Of a stretch of 64,000 bases of DNA, positions 9,032 through 20,214 are shown in pieces. The DNA comes from Candidatus Latescibacterota bacterium. Lineage in GTDB: Bacteria > Latescibacterota > UBA2968 > GCA-2709665. The stretch's first letter is position 1, and every line of letters begins with the position of its first letter. The notes under the pieces were generated by a model. It saw only the letters and a list, made by a program, of their open reading frames with translations. It was not told the DNA's origin and did not search any database. Location of the stretch: NCBI GenBank assembly GCA_965116875.1, contig OZ220733.1, forward strand, positions 2,400,001 through 2,464,000, written 5' to 3'. Position numbers and translations under genes: made by a program.

Positions 9032-9826
9032 TCACGGCGCCAATGCGGCGATCGTCAGCCAGGCCGGCAGACCGGCACGTGGATTCGTCCGCCAGTCCAG
9101 CAATGAATCGTCGGCATCGGCCTCCCCATTGCCTCCCCGCCAGTATCCGGAATCCCCGGCCGGACTTTCGATGACTTTCTTCAACACCAATCCGGCTTGC
9201 GCCAGGGGATTGAGCAGGTCGGCGAGGGTCCAGTGATGCTCATACGAGTCCTCTACGGAGCCGTGGAAAGGACCGGTGTTCCAGTAAGGTTTCGTCATTT
9301 CTATGGGCGCGACCTGTTCTTTCCACGGGCGCGTGAAGGGATGAACGTCGTAGAAGACGTATGCGCCTCCCGGCTTCAGAATGCGCGCGACCTCCGAAAA
9401 TACGCCATAGAGATCGGCGATCCACACGAAAAAGCCGTTCGTCGAACACATCAGATCGAAACTCGAATTGGACAATGAATCGAGGCTGGCGGCATCCGAA
9501 CGCACGAAATCGATCGACAGACCCAGCGCGTCCGCCCGGTCCGACGCCAGTCTCAATCGTTCCTCGGAGATGTCCGTTGAAGTAACTCTGGCGCCCAGAC
9601 CCGCCAATGCGCAGGCGGCCAGGTTGTCGCCGCTGCCAATCACACAGACATGCTTTCCGTCAAGCGTTCCCATCATTTCACGGATGGTCTCAAGCGCCCT
9701 GCCTTCGAATGCCAACCCGGGTTCCCGGTGACATCTGCGCCAGAGGCCGTCGCGATTCAGTCGTTCCTCCCAATCCCCGGCCATGTCGTCCCATCGCCGG
9801 CGGTTGGCTTCGTGTATCTCGTTCAT
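9032..9826 (-). CDS. Class I SAM-dependent methyltransferase
   Basis: GARVTSTDISE, RILKPGG, DVHPF motifs. Confidence 0.85.
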   Translation of the reverse strand: MNEIHEANRRRWDDMAGDWEERLNRDGLWRRCHREPGLAFEGRALETIREMMGTLDGKHVCVIGSGDNLAACALAGLGARVTSTDISEERLRLASDRADALGLSIDFVRSDAASLDSLSNSSFDLMCSTNGFFVWIADLYGVFSEVARILKPGGAYVFYDVHPFTRPWKEQVAPIEMTKPYWNTGPFHGSVEDSYEHHWTLADLLNPLAQAGLVLKKVIESPAGDSGYWRGGNGEADADDSLLDWRTNPRAGLPAWLTIAALAP

Positions 9827-9917
9827 GGATTTGATCCCGCGAAAACCCCTTCTGAGAGTCGTCCCAAATCGTACAAAAAGCAGAATGCCGTGAAACAGGA
9901 GATCGGATGGTCTCCAA

Positions 9918-10526
9918 TCAGGACCTGGACAGAATCCGCTTCAGCGACTCAGGGTACCGTTGTCGCAATTCCAGAAGCCTGGCGGCCGTTCCCACAGGCT
10001 TTACGCGGGCGGAACGCGGGACTCGCACCCGTTCCTCGATGATTCCTCCCTGCGCTTCCAGGTTTTGGACGGTGAACGATTCCGTGGCGAATTCGTAGAA
10101 TAGACTGGGCCTCAACGTCGCAATGGCCGCAAGATCGCCCGGCTCCGCCCGCCCGATCGCATGGCCCGCGTATACCGCGACCACGTCGCCCGGGACAAAA
10201 CCCGGGTCGTTTCCTTCCCAAAGGAACTGCACGCCATCCGGTACGCGACCCGGCGGAAGCGACGATACCGTTCCTGCCGGGTCCATCGAAAAGGGTTTCG
10301 CAGAACTGTCGAACGCGACTCTGCAGCCGATTTCTTCCATCGCCTCCCTCTGCAGGGCGTCCTCCAGGGACTCGCCTTCCTCAACCGTGCCGCCGATGCA
10401 GCTCATGCCGATCTCGACCACCTCATCTCGCCCGCGCTTCCATTTTTCCTTTCTCTGGAGTTCGAAGAGAAATCCATTCTCCTCTCTCAGAATGATCGCA
10501 GCGCCTATGATCACATAGTCTGACAT
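9918..10526 (-). CDS. NUDIX hydrolase
   Basis: GGTVEEGESLEDALQREAMEEIG Nudix box. Confidence 0.88.
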   Translation of the reverse strand: MSDYVIIGAAIILREENGFLFELQRKEKWKRGRDEVVEIGMSCIGGTVEEGESLEDALQREAMEEIGCRVAFDSSAKPFSMDPAGTVSSLPPGRVPDGVQFLWEGNDPGFVPGDVVAVYAGHAIGRAEPGDLAAIATLRPSLFYEFATESFTVQNLEAQGGIIEERVRVPRSARVKPVGTAARLLELRQRYPESLKRILSRS

Positions 10527-10586
10527 CTCATCATCGACCGTTGGAGTTGGTTGCGTTGACCCGATGCATGGCGATGGGTGTTCCGT

Positions 10587-11024
10587 TCACAACTTTCCCT
10601 CTTTGATCAGTCCGATGGCAGAGGGGCCTCCCTGCACTTTGTAATGCGTATTTGTCCTGTCAGAGAAGTAGTCCGCAACGCGTTCCACCTGTTTCGGCAC
10701 GGTGTTCCCGGGGATACGATCCAATGAAAAGTACTCGATCCGGTCCGCCTCGTCCGTGAGCCGGACTGCGCCTCCGGTGACCCGGCAGAAGAACGACAAG
10801 ACAATCTCATTGCTGTCCGGTTTGCTGTAAACGCCGCTGAGACGGACGGGCGCTGTTTCCAATCCCGTTTCCTCCCGAATTTCCCGAACGAGGGCATCCC
10901 AGGGATTTTCTCCAGTCTCGACGCCGCCGCCAGGCAGGTTCCACAGATCGTAATCGCGGCGGTGACACAACAGAACGCGGTCTTCTTCATCGGTGATGAT
11001 GCCAAAGACGCCGATCCGGAACAC
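10587..11024 (-). CDS. NUDIX hydrolase
   Basis: PGGGVETGENPWDALVREIREETG. Confidence 0.92.
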   Translation of the reverse strand: MFRIGVFGIITDEEDRVLLCHRRDYDLWNLPGGGVETGENPWDALVREIREETGLETAPVRLSGVYSKPDSNEIVLSFFCRVTGGAVRLTDEADRIEYFSLDRIPGNTVPKQVERVADYFSDRTNTHYKVQGGPSAIGLIKEGKL

Positions 11025-11026
11025 GA

Positions 11027-11596
11027 TCAGGTTCCCTCCCTTAAAACTCGCACATACTCCAACTCGGCTTCGGAGATACCGAGACTGTCAAGTTCACCCA
11101 TCGAAACAAATGCAGACGAATCTTCGTAGTCATCATCGCGCACTGAATCCGGATCATATTCTACAGCACCGGCAGTATAGACGACTTGAAAAAAGTGAGG
11201 GTGGGGAAACCGGTACCCGCTCGGTACCGGCCCGAGATGTTCCAGGTGGATGAATCCAAGGCGCGAGACCGCGTCAATCGTCCAGCCCGTCTCCTCCACG
11301 ACTTCGCGACGAAGCGTCTGCTCGAAGGTTTCTCCCGCTTCTAGGCGGCCGCCCGGCAGGATGTGACACCCCTCGCGATTGCGGAGTACGAGGACGGAAT
11401 CGTCCTTGAGTACGAGACATCGAACAGAGGTTACAAGCCGTTCCGGCGGCTGTTCGTTGGAAACGAAATAGCGCACGCGCAGAGGGAGCGTGCCCTCTGC
11501 CCATCGGGTTTCCGTTTCGCAAAAAGGCGTCTTGCCGGCCAGAAATGCACGTATTTCGTTGTCAGGATTCAATCCGCAAACCGTTGGAATTCGCAC
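11027..11596 (-). CDS. NUDIX hydrolase
   Basis: PGGRLEAGETFEQTLRREVVEETG. Confidence 0.9.
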   Translation of the reverse strand: MRIPTVCGLNPDNEIRAFLAGKTPFCETETRWAEGTLPLRVRYFVSNEQPPERLVTSVRCLVLKDDSVLVLRNREGCHILPGGRLEAGETFEQTLRREVVEETGWTIDAVSRLGFIHLEHLGPVPSGYRFPHPHFFQVVYTAGAVEYDPDSVRDDDYEDSSAFVSMGELDSLGISEAELEYVRVLREGT

Positions 11597-11629
11597 GTGG
11601 CATAGGATTACTATCAGTATTCTTGTCAG

Positions 11630-14029
11630 TTATTCATATCGCAGGGAATCCACTGGATTGGCAGTTGCAGCCATAAGTGCCTGATGGCCAACTGGTATGA
11701 GAGCAGCCAGTAGTGCCAGGAAGCCACTGATGATGAAAACTCCAACAGATGGCGAAATATAGTATGCGAAATTCTTCAGCCAAAGTTCTGCACCAAAGTA
11801 TGCAATCGGCCAAGCGAATAAATTCGCAAACATGACCAACTTGACATACTCCTTTGAGAGTAGGAAAACAACGCTCCATAAAGAGGCACCCAAGACTTTG
11901 CGAATGCCTATTTCTCTTACGCGTTTCTTAGTGGCCAGAGCCGCTAGACCAAAGATTCCAATACAAGCAATAAAGGTGGAAAATATAGAACCATATAGAC
12001 TGATTAATTGCCATCTTTCATCCGCTTGGTATTGAACGTCTATGTCCTCATCAAGAAAGGAGAACTGAAAGGGCAGATCGGGATTCACTTCCTTCCAAAT
12101 CTGCTCCAACCGATTTACAGTATTTTTGATGCCGAAGGGACTTACTCGAACATAATATCGCCGGAGGATCTCGGGGTGCACTAATTTAAGCACAACCGGC
12201 TCAATCTGATAATGCAGAGATCGAAAGTGGAAGTCGTGAACAACACCCACAACCTTTCTATTCCTGAACTCTGGAATCGTCTTACCAATTGGTGAATCCC
12301 ATTCTAATTTCCTTACCAACGACTCATTTACAATTATACTTCCCTCGGAATCTGCGGCGGAGTTCTGAATGAAGTCTCTTCCAGCAACTAATCTGAGCCC
12401 AAGGGTCTTGATGAAGTTGGAGTCGATATTGAAGAATTGGACATCGGTTGTCAAACGCTTGTTTCTAACCGTAGTAGTCGCAGTATTTACACCGAAGTGT
12501 CTCCAAGAGGCAGTGATGCTTAGAACGTCGGGGTCATTGGACAACTCAGACCTAAAGATCTCCAAAACGCTCGATCTATGTTCCTTCCCTACTTCGGAAG
12601 CATCAATAGTGACGACTTGCTTATCCTGGAATCCTCGATCTTTCCCTTTGACGAAATGTATCTGTTCAACGATAACAAGAGCGAAGATGATCAGAAAAGT
12701 CGAGGCCGTAATTTGACCGATTAGAAGAGACTTACTAAAGATATCCTTGCTTCCAATTCCCACATTTCCAATGAATAGGTTGACTGGATCATAGCGGGAC
12801 AATACGATTGAAGGATAGATCCCAGCAGTTGCTCCAGCGGTGACACCTAGCGCAACCAGTGAGAGAATCTCATTGCTTCCGTAACTCAAATCTAATTTCT
12901 CGTTTACGGCATCATTAAAGATTGGTAAAGCCAGTTCGGCGAATGCGATTCCAACCAATAACCCAACAAAACTCAAAAACAACGCTTCTCCCCAAACCTG
13001 TTTCAAAAGTTGTGCTCTATTGGCGCCTACAACCTTGCGTACGCCGAATTCCCTGACGCGATTTGAGGCTAGAGCAATGGAGATATTGGCAAAGTTGAAG
13101 CATGCAACAAAAAGCACAGTGACAGCAATTCCAAGTGTGACAATCGAAAAAAACCTGTCTCCCGTAGGTGACAATCCACCTCTGATTTCCGAATCGAAAT
13201 GAACATCTGAGAAAGCTTGTAGACCTATTCGCAGAGGATCCTCGCTCAGGGCCATTGCACCGAATTCTTGGTAAATTTGAATTGATGGCCAATAGTGCTC
13301 TCGCACAAATCCCGGAAATTTTCGGGTAAGCTCTGACGTGTTAGCCTTTTCCCGTAATAGAGCAAAGGCTATGACTCTGGAACTACCCCATAAGTCTGCC
13401 CATCTCTCGTAATTCGGCATCCTTTCAATTGGCAAGAGCAAGTCGAACTTTATGCTGGAATTCACTGGTGTCTCTGCTGCAACTCCTTCCACGACAAAGT
13501 CGACATACTTCTCGTCAATTCTCACTGAGATCCGCTTGCCGATGGGGTCATGTTGTCCGAAATACTGACCGGCTGTCGTTTGACTCACTACGATTGATGC
13601 TCGATTTCTAAGTGCAGTCTGGATGTCACCTCTCAGTAGAGGGAATGAAAAGACTTCAAGGATTTCAGGATCGACGAAGAGTAGGTTTTCTACAGAGATC
13701 TTTTCTCTATACTTAACGGTGCCTTTTACCTCTCGAAATCTCACAACTTTCTCGATGTCGGGAAAGTCCCTTGCCAGAGCAATAGCCAATGGCGCGGGAG
13801 TAAATGCGGTTTTTTTTTCTACATTGTTCGGAGTCTTGTAGGATTGGTAGATTCGGTAAATCCTACCTGCATTCTTGTGAAATATGTCGTACGTCCACTC
13901 ATTGTAAATGTGGAGAGAGGTCAATATACAAAATGCGATACCGATGGACAGGCTCAGGACGTTAATGAAGGCATAGACTTTCTGCCTCACGAGATGACGC
14001 ACTGCGACCACCAGATTATTCTTGAACAT
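11630..14029 (-). CDS. ABC transporter permease, duplicated MacB/FtsX type
   Basis: 799 aa; two RxxEIGxRKVxGA motifs; C-terminal ANPVDSLRYE; lower GC. Confidence 0.93.
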   Translation of the reverse strand: MFKNNLVVAVRHLVRQKVYAFINVLSLSIGIAFCILTSLHIYNEWTYDIFHKNAGRIYRIYQSYKTPNNVEKKTAFTPAPLAIALARDFPDIEKVVRFREVKGTVKYREKISVENLLFVDPEILEVFSFPLLRGDIQTALRNRASIVVSQTTAGQYFGQHDPIGKRISVRIDEKYVDFVVEGVAAETPVNSSIKFDLLLPIERMPNYERWADLWGSSRVIAFALLREKANTSELTRKFPGFVREHYWPSIQIYQEFGAMALSEDPLRIGLQAFSDVHFDSEIRGGLSPTGDRFFSIVTLGIAVTVLFVACFNFANISIALASNRVREFGVRKVVGANRAQLLKQVWGEALFLSFVGLLVGIAFAELALPIFNDAVNEKLDLSYGSNEILSLVALGVTAGATAGIYPSIVLSRYDPVNLFIGNVGIGSKDIFSKSLLIGQITASTFLIIFALVIVEQIHFVKGKDRGFQDKQVVTIDASEVGKEHRSSVLEIFRSELSNDPDVLSITASWRHFGVNTATTTVRNKRLTTDVQFFNIDSNFIKTLGLRLVAGRDFIQNSAADSEGSIIVNESLVRKLEWDSPIGKTIPEFRNRKVVGVVHDFHFRSLHYQIEPVVLKLVHPEILRRYYVRVSPFGIKNTVNRLEQIWKEVNPDLPFQFSFLDEDIDVQYQADERWQLISLYGSIFSTFIACIGIFGLAALATKKRVREIGIRKVLGASLWSVVFLLSKEYVKLVMFANLFAWPIAYFGAELWLKNFAYYISPSVGVFIISGFLALLAALIPVGHQALMAATANPVDSLRYE

Positions 14030-14324
14030 AAAAAGGTCTCCAGCAAAGCATCCGCATTTGTTGGTGCATTCACATTAGATGATGCTGGAGAAACAAGAAA
14101 GTATCCGGCAGTTGTCCCTTTGGGTCGAATTTGGCTTGTCGGGGTAGTCGGCTAAGTCCCTCCTGGATATCGAGACTCAATTGTCGAGGAATTAGGGGTT
14201 ACAGTTTAGTCCAACGCCTTAGATTTGCCCTACGAAGACGTCTCAAGATCGATCAAGACATTCGAGATGCTTTCGCCGGTTACCAAACGCATGCTCTTCT
14301 TCAACTAAGAACGAAACTCTCCCG

Positions 14325-16754
14325 CTATTCATAACGCAAGGCATCAATTGGATTGGAACGCGCCGCACGAATGGCCTGAATGCTCACGGTACCAAAGGCA
14401 ATTATCAGGGCCAGTATCGCACTAACAACAAATGGCGCTACACTTAAGGCTGTCTGATAAGCAAATCCGGCGAGCCAGTCGTGCATCAGATAATAGGAGA
14501 TTGGCCAAGCGATTCCGTTTGAAAGTAGAGTGAGCAACAGAAATTCGCGCGAAATTAGCATCACCAGATGTGATGTGGATGCACCCAGCACCTTCCGCAC
14601 GCCGATTTCTTTAATGCGAGATTGAACCATGATAGCAGCCAGACCAAACAGACCCAAGCATGCTACAAAGATTGCCAGCAATGAAAACACCCCAAGCATT
14701 CTACCGGTGCGTCTCTCGTTGGTATAGATCCATTCCATGAATTCGTCCATGAATTGATATTCAAATGGCTCCTCTGGGACAAAGCGTTTCCACTGCGTTT
14801 CGAAAAAAGACAGGGTCTGCGCGGTTTCTTCTGGTCGGATGCGTAGGACCAGTGAATAAAAAAACTCCCATCGGGCGACAAATCCCATTGGGGCTATTTC
14901 TTCTCGCAACGACAAACTGTGGTAGTCTTTTACAACGCCGATCACCGTGAGAGTTCGGTTTACAAATGCCGGTGACTCGATCTGTTTACCAATCGGTTCA
15001 TCCTCCCAGCCGAGCAGGCGCACGGCTGTTTCATTCAAAATAATAGCATCAGATGTATCGCTAGCCACAGCGGCTGAAAAGGCGCGACCTCGAAGCACGG
15101 GAATCTCAAATGTCTCGAAATACGAGTCATCAACCTCGTTTATGCGAATCGTGTGTTCTTTCGTACGGTCTCCACCGGGCCAAATCAAGCGCGGTCGCCC
15201 CCCGTATCCTTGAATGCGGTAGCGCAGTGCCGACGCACTAAGCACATTGGGGTGTTCGAGAAATACCTGTTTCAGTACCTGGTGTCGTGCCGAAAGACGT
15301 TTTTTCGTGTTGGGCTCTTGGAGAAAGTCAGGTACAAAAATGGGTAAACTCACAATGTGATCGCGTGTAAACCCCATGTCTTTGGTGTCTATAAATCGTA
15401 ATTGCTGATAAACCACGAGTGTGCAGATCACCAATAATACGGACATGCCAAACTGAAAAACAACGAGTCCTTTCTTCAGCCAGGCAGAACCCGAGGAAGA
15501 ATACGCGCTGTCTTTTAACGCTGTCACGGGGCGAAAGGAAGAAAGAAAAAAAGCTGGGTACCACCCTGCCATGACTGCGAGCGACAGCGTTAGTGCCATA
15601 ACCGCTGGCGCATATCTAGCAATTGTAACCGCGTCAAGATGTAAATCGCCACGCACAAATTCGTTGAATAAGGGCAGTAACAAATCGACCAATACCATGG
15701 CAATTAGCAGGGCAGCGCAAGTCAAGAGGATAGATTCACACAGAAACTGAACCATCAATTGCAGGCGATGTGCCCCAACCACCTTTCTCACGCCTACTTC
15801 AAGCCTGCGTGTGACAGCCAGTGCAGTCGCCAGATTTGTAAAATTCACACATGCAATAGCCACCACAATCAGTCCGATAGTCGCCAGTAGGTAAATATGT
15901 TGGATGAGGCTGTCGGCCGTTGGGACAAAATCGGATTCACCGTACAAGTACACGCGGTGTAGTGGCTGTAGATGATAGGCGTTTTTTGCCGCAACTTCAT
16001 CCCCCATATACTGCTTAATCAACGACTGAATGTTCGCTTGTAGTGTTAGTACATTTCCTCCTGCTTTCAATAGCACGAATGTCTTTACTGGCCGCCATGA
16101 TTGCGTGGGTCGCCACATTGTCCACGCCTCTTGTGTTGCTCCTACGGGGGGTATCGTAGTTGTGAGCATGTGGAAATGAAGGTCTGATGAACGATGTGGT
16201 TCCTTTACGATTCCGGTCACTGTGTAATCGCCGGGGAAACTGACGTTATCGATCGAAAATGCCCGACCCATGGGCTCTTCATCACCGAACAAGCGTTGTG
16301 CCATGTCGTCGGTCATTACCACGGAGTAGGGCGTGCGAAATGCGATCTCTGGATCCCCTTTTATAAGAGGAAAATCAAACACATCCAAAAAGCTGTCGTC
16401 AACCAGCCCGAGCTGGTACTGACCCTTGCGCTCGCCGTATCGTGCGGACACTGGCCATTGCCAAATACGTACGGTTGTTTCTACATTGGGAAATGTCTCT
16501 TCCAATGTAGGACCCAGTGCGCCTGAAGTTCCGCTGCCAAAAGTTGTATGAGTCGTGCTACGTTCTTCTCGAATCACCTTGTAGATTCGGTCGCCCAAGG
16601 TGTGAAATTGATCTACCGAAAATTCCTGACCAATGTACAACAGGATCAAAATGCCACACGCTAACCCAATTGCGAGTCCCAACACATTGATTGAGGTGTA
16701 CATCCTGTGCCGCAGCAGATTGCGGATCGCAGTAGTCAGGAAGCTTTTAACCAT
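14325..16754 (-). CDS. ABC transporter permease, duplicated MacB/FtsX type
   Basis: 809 aa; RRLEVGVRKVVGA, RIKEIGVRKVLGA, NPIDALRYE. Confidence 0.93.
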   Translation of the reverse strand: MVKSFLTTAIRNLLRHRMYTSINVLGLAIGLACGILILLYIGQEFSVDQFHTLGDRIYKVIREERSTTHTTFGSGTSGALGPTLEETFPNVETTVRIWQWPVSARYGERKGQYQLGLVDDSFLDVFDFPLIKGDPEIAFRTPYSVVMTDDMAQRLFGDEEPMGRAFSIDNVSFPGDYTVTGIVKEPHRSSDLHFHMLTTTIPPVGATQEAWTMWRPTQSWRPVKTFVLLKAGGNVLTLQANIQSLIKQYMGDEVAAKNAYHLQPLHRVYLYGESDFVPTADSLIQHIYLLATIGLIVVAIACVNFTNLATALAVTRRLEVGVRKVVGAHRLQLMVQFLCESILLTCAALLIAMVLVDLLLPLFNEFVRGDLHLDAVTIARYAPAVMALTLSLAVMAGWYPAFFLSSFRPVTALKDSAYSSSGSAWLKKGLVVFQFGMSVLLVICTLVVYQQLRFIDTKDMGFTRDHIVSLPIFVPDFLQEPNTKKRLSARHQVLKQVFLEHPNVLSASALRYRIQGYGGRPRLIWPGGDRTKEHTIRINEVDDSYFETFEIPVLRGRAFSAAVASDTSDAIILNETAVRLLGWEDEPIGKQIESPAFVNRTLTVIGVVKDYHSLSLREEIAPMGFVARWEFFYSLVLRIRPEETAQTLSFFETQWKRFVPEEPFEYQFMDEFMEWIYTNERRTGRMLGVFSLLAIFVACLGLFGLAAIMVQSRIKEIGVRKVLGASTSHLVMLISREFLLLTLLSNGIAWPISYYLMHDWLAGFAYQTALSVAPFVVSAILALIIAFGTVSIQAIRAARSNPIDALRYE

Positions 16755-17702
16755 GGGTGTCTCCTATGGTACAATCTTTGTTAAAAAAGAAACACAGATA
16801 CGGAATGACGCCTGCCAAGTACTCCTAAGGTTGTTCGTATGGGTGTTATCTATGCACAGATAGGTTTCCGCAACAAATGGGAGGCTTTAAGGACGACGGT
16901 TGATCCGACTGAAATTCGTGGGTGGGTTTACGCCTATCCTGGGTTCGTGGCGATTCTGTGCAAAGCGTACGACGACGGATCGTATGCTATTTGGTGGAGA
17001 CATGTCAGTCTGCCAGACACGCATTAGTGGCAAGCTTTTGTCCTGACTTTCGACTGCATGCGGATTTCGAATCAAGGTGTACAAGCTGCGCTGCAATCAA
17101 AGGGAGGTTGTTCTTGACTAGAAGCAAATACTCTGCCATAAGAATCAAATAGCGAAATAACAATAGGTTACAAAATAACTCGAAACTAACAGTTCCACAA
17201 GTGTCCGGTTATGAAACAGTAATGTCCGAAAATGAACATGAGATGGTTATTAGAATGTCCGAGATGATCGTCTCATCACTGCAGGAGGACGCCTTTGTGA
17301 ATTCTGTAACGGATGATTCACCAGCCGAAGCGATCCGGCATGTCAAAGACGTCGTAAACTCGCCGTAAAGACAATGGAGAGAAATCGCAATGTACAAAAA
17401 CGAGATTCGGGATGGGACTCGGATCAGATCATGTCGAGTACCGGGCGCTTAGCGTGGGTTATCCAAGAATTTCATAGCAATATGGCGGCGGCGCTCCAGT
17501 CGGATCGGCAATTCTAAACTGGAAGATTCCCGGTGTCCGCTGATCTTGTTTCCCCTAGCGACGGCGCTTGCACGGAAAGCGTGGAAGATCCAGGAACGGA
17601 TACGAAAACCATAACCAGAAGCCTGGATTTGAACGATCGAAATAAGAGGTACTCACCCGGAATTCTTACGCACATCCCGACGCGTCACCTTCTTTGACTC
17701 CA

Positions 17703-18221
17703 TCAAATAAAGTCCAGATACATGCGGCTGGCCTGAATGCCCCTGTTGTTCTGATATTTCCCGCTCTTATAGGTTTCGAAATCTCCATCCAGGGTGTGAT
17801 AGTAGATCTGGCAGATTTCCACGTTGGGATAGATCCGGACCGGCTGAATGCAGAACATCTCCAGCGTCCAGTACCCGGCGAAACCCACGTCGCCGAAACC
17901 CGCGGTGACGTGCACGAACAGCCCCAGCCTGCCAACGGACGATCGCCCCTCGAGCATGGGGACGAAATTCTCCGTTCTGGTGAATTCCGCCGTTCGTCCG
18001 AGATAGAGCGTCTGAGGTTGCAGTTCGAACCCGTCGCCTGGAATCCGGATGGACCGCGTGGGGTTTTTCTTCTTCATATCCAGAACGCCGGCCCGATACA
18101 CCACGAGTTCATCGGCCAGGGTGAGATTGTAGCTGTTCGGATTGAGTCTTTCCTGATCGAACGGCTCGATAATGAGGTCTTTTCCGATTCGCTCGTGGAT
18201 CATCTTTCCCGATAGAATCAT
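17703..18221 (-). CDS. dcd: dCTP deaminase
   Basis: MILSG, NPNSYNL, EGRSSVGRLGL, TAGFGDVGFAG.WTLE, KYQ motifs. Confidence 0.93.
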   Translation of the reverse strand: MILSGKMIHERIGKDLIIEPFDQERLNPNSYNLTLADELVVYRAGVLDMKKKNPTRSIRIPGDGFELQPQTLYLGRTAEFTRTENFVPMLEGRSSVGRLGLFVHVTAGFGDVGFAGYWTLEMFCIQPVRIYPNVEICQIYYHTLDGDFETYKSGKYQNNRGIQASRMYLDFI

Positions 18222-18904
18222 GATGTGGGTTCCTGTTGTGCCGGCAAATGTAATTTGCACAAGTCTGCGAAGAAACGAGACGATTTGTCGACATCGATTA
18301 AATCCGGACAGGCCATATTCTGTAGACTCGACAAAACCAATCAGGATTTCTTTCTCGTTACGTCCACTGCTGTCCAGGAGAGAAACCGATTTGAGATCGG
18401 TGTGGTTTCAGATGAAATGTAACGCGTAAGACAAATTGGTCGGGATCGATGCAGTTCAGTTCAAGCCCTGAGTGGGTGTCCCCGATGTGGGTATCGATGG
18501 GTCACCTGCTAATCGAGGGCAGGATGCCCTCGCTCCGGTACTACTTTTCAAGGTTATCTGGAAAAGACGATCCTGGACAGGTATGCTTTTCGTCACGTGT
18601 TAATTTACGGACGTGAGCTACCGTGTTCAACAGCGTTGTTCCTTCAGGCGGTCCGGTAACCCGCCTGGATATCAATTCAGCGCTTTTTGTTGGGTTAAAC
18701 CTTGCAGAAAGCGGCGGAATTCATTATGTATAAAGTGGAACCACGGCGAAGCGTACAATTCCTGCCCGCGGCGAGTGCTTTCAGACCGAGTGCGGGCCGG
18801 GGGCGGGTAATACGCATACGCATCGATCAGCCAGCGATCAAAAACGGTTCCCGGCTGGACGTGTTGGGGACCCTACCGTCAACCCTAATATGGGAGATCA
18901 TCGG

Positions 18905-19708
18905 ATGAACAGGCTTTACTCGGGTCTTTCCCTCGGCCTGCTCCTCTGCATCGGCCTGACCGCCTGCGGGGAAAGCGAAGTGGAAAGACAGAAACGCGTA
19001 ATTGCACAGAAAGAAGCCAGCATCGACTCGCTCCAAACCGAGGCGGGGAGCGCACAGGCCGAACTCGTCACCCTCAAGACGCAACTCGACAGCCTCACCA
19101 AGTTCGAGATGCTCCTGCAGGAGAAGAACCAGCAACTTCAGAAGGAAGTCAAGAAATACCGCGCTATTGCCGCGCAGCGCAAACGCAAGAACGAAGAGTT
19201 GCAGCAGGCGATCGCTCAGTTGCAGGATGAGAAGACGGCCGATGAAGCGAAAATCGACCGGCTGCTCACCGAGTCCGACAGCCTGAGCGCGGCGCTGCGC
19301 GTACAGAGAGACGTCACCGTGAAGTTGACGCAGGATCTGGCTTCCGCGAACGAGGACATCGAAAGAACACAGAAGAAACTCGACGAGGCCAAGCACGCGG
19401 TGCGCGTGGTGGTGGGCACGGAAGACCGCCTCAAGGCGGACGGATTTCTGGAAACGGGCCGGCGCTTCTTCCGCAAAGGATACAAGCTGGTGCAGAAACC
19501 CGGTCACGACGACCTGAAAGTCACGCTCTTCTCAATCGGAGAAGGCCCAACCCTGGATCGAGGGCAGAAACTGAAGGAGTTGATCGGTCGTTCCGGAAAG
19601 CTCAAAAAGGACAAGGACTACACGGTCAGGTTGAGCGCGGACGGTACGCATATCACGCTGGTCAGCGAACTCCTTAAAGGCGAGGCGGTTCTGGTGGTCG
19701 TCGAGTAG
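18905..19708 (+). CDS. Lipoprotein with long coiled coil, function unknown
   Basis: Signal peptide with lipobox LTA-C, followed by Q/E/K-rich heptad region and small beta C-domain. Confidence 0.8.
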   Translation: MNRLYSGLSLGLLLCIGLTACGESEVERQKRVIAQKEASIDSLQTEAGSAQAELVTLKTQLDSLTKFEMLLQEKNQQLQKEVKKYRAIAAQRKRKNEELQQAIAQLQDEKTADEAKIDRLLTESDSLSAALRVQRDVTVKLTQDLASANEDIERTQKKLDEAKHAVRVVVGTEDRLKADGFLETGRRFFRKGYKLVQKPGHDDLKVTLFSIGEGPTLDRGQKLKELIGRSGKLKKDKDYTVRLSADGTHITLVSELLKGEAVLVVVE

Positions 19709-19941
19709 CGCGTCTTTTTGATCAATTCCGCTGCATAGGCCAGTTCACTCTGAGCCAATCCATCCATCGCAACGCCAGTTCGACCCGGGCAACCCTCAGC
19801 GCATCACCCTGCGGGGGTTGCCCGGATCTGTATGCGGGTTCCAACGGCAATCGCTGTCCCGTTATCGCCTCCAGCGCATCTCTCCTCGCGGCGAAGTTCG
19901 CGATGCGTCCCATCCGGGCGTCTTTTTTTTCGCACGCGTCT

Positions 19942-20214
19942 CTATGCAACGTCCAGAACCGCCTGAAGATTCCTGGCCGCGATCATGAGCAGCGTTCGTG
20001 CGGCGCCGGACGGGCGGCGCCGGGCTTGTTCCCAATCCTGCAGCGTCCGAACCGATACGCCCAGCAATCCGGCGAACTGAACCTGCGACATACCGGCTTC
20101 CTTCCGAATCCGGATGACATCCGGCACATTGATCACACGGCCGTGCTCGCCGCGCCTGAGTTCTCGGAGCCCCTCCAGAATCTCGCTGCCCACGTCTCGT
20201 TTAACCGTAGTCAT
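19942..20214 (-). CDS. HTH antitoxin (HigA2/NadS-like)
   Basis: EILEGLRE, GMSQVQFAGLLGVSVRTLQDWEQARRRPSGAARTLL. Confidence 0.92.
   Translation of the reverse strand: MTTVKRDVGSEILEGLRELRRGEHGRVINVPDVIRIRKEAGMSQVQFAGLLGVSVRTLQDWEQARRRPSGAARTLLMIAARNLQAVLDVA

Noticed and set aside
19722-19949. 75-aa ORF after the antitoxin
   Set aside because: No clear RBS or family; contains a REP-like hairpin; at best a gene remnant
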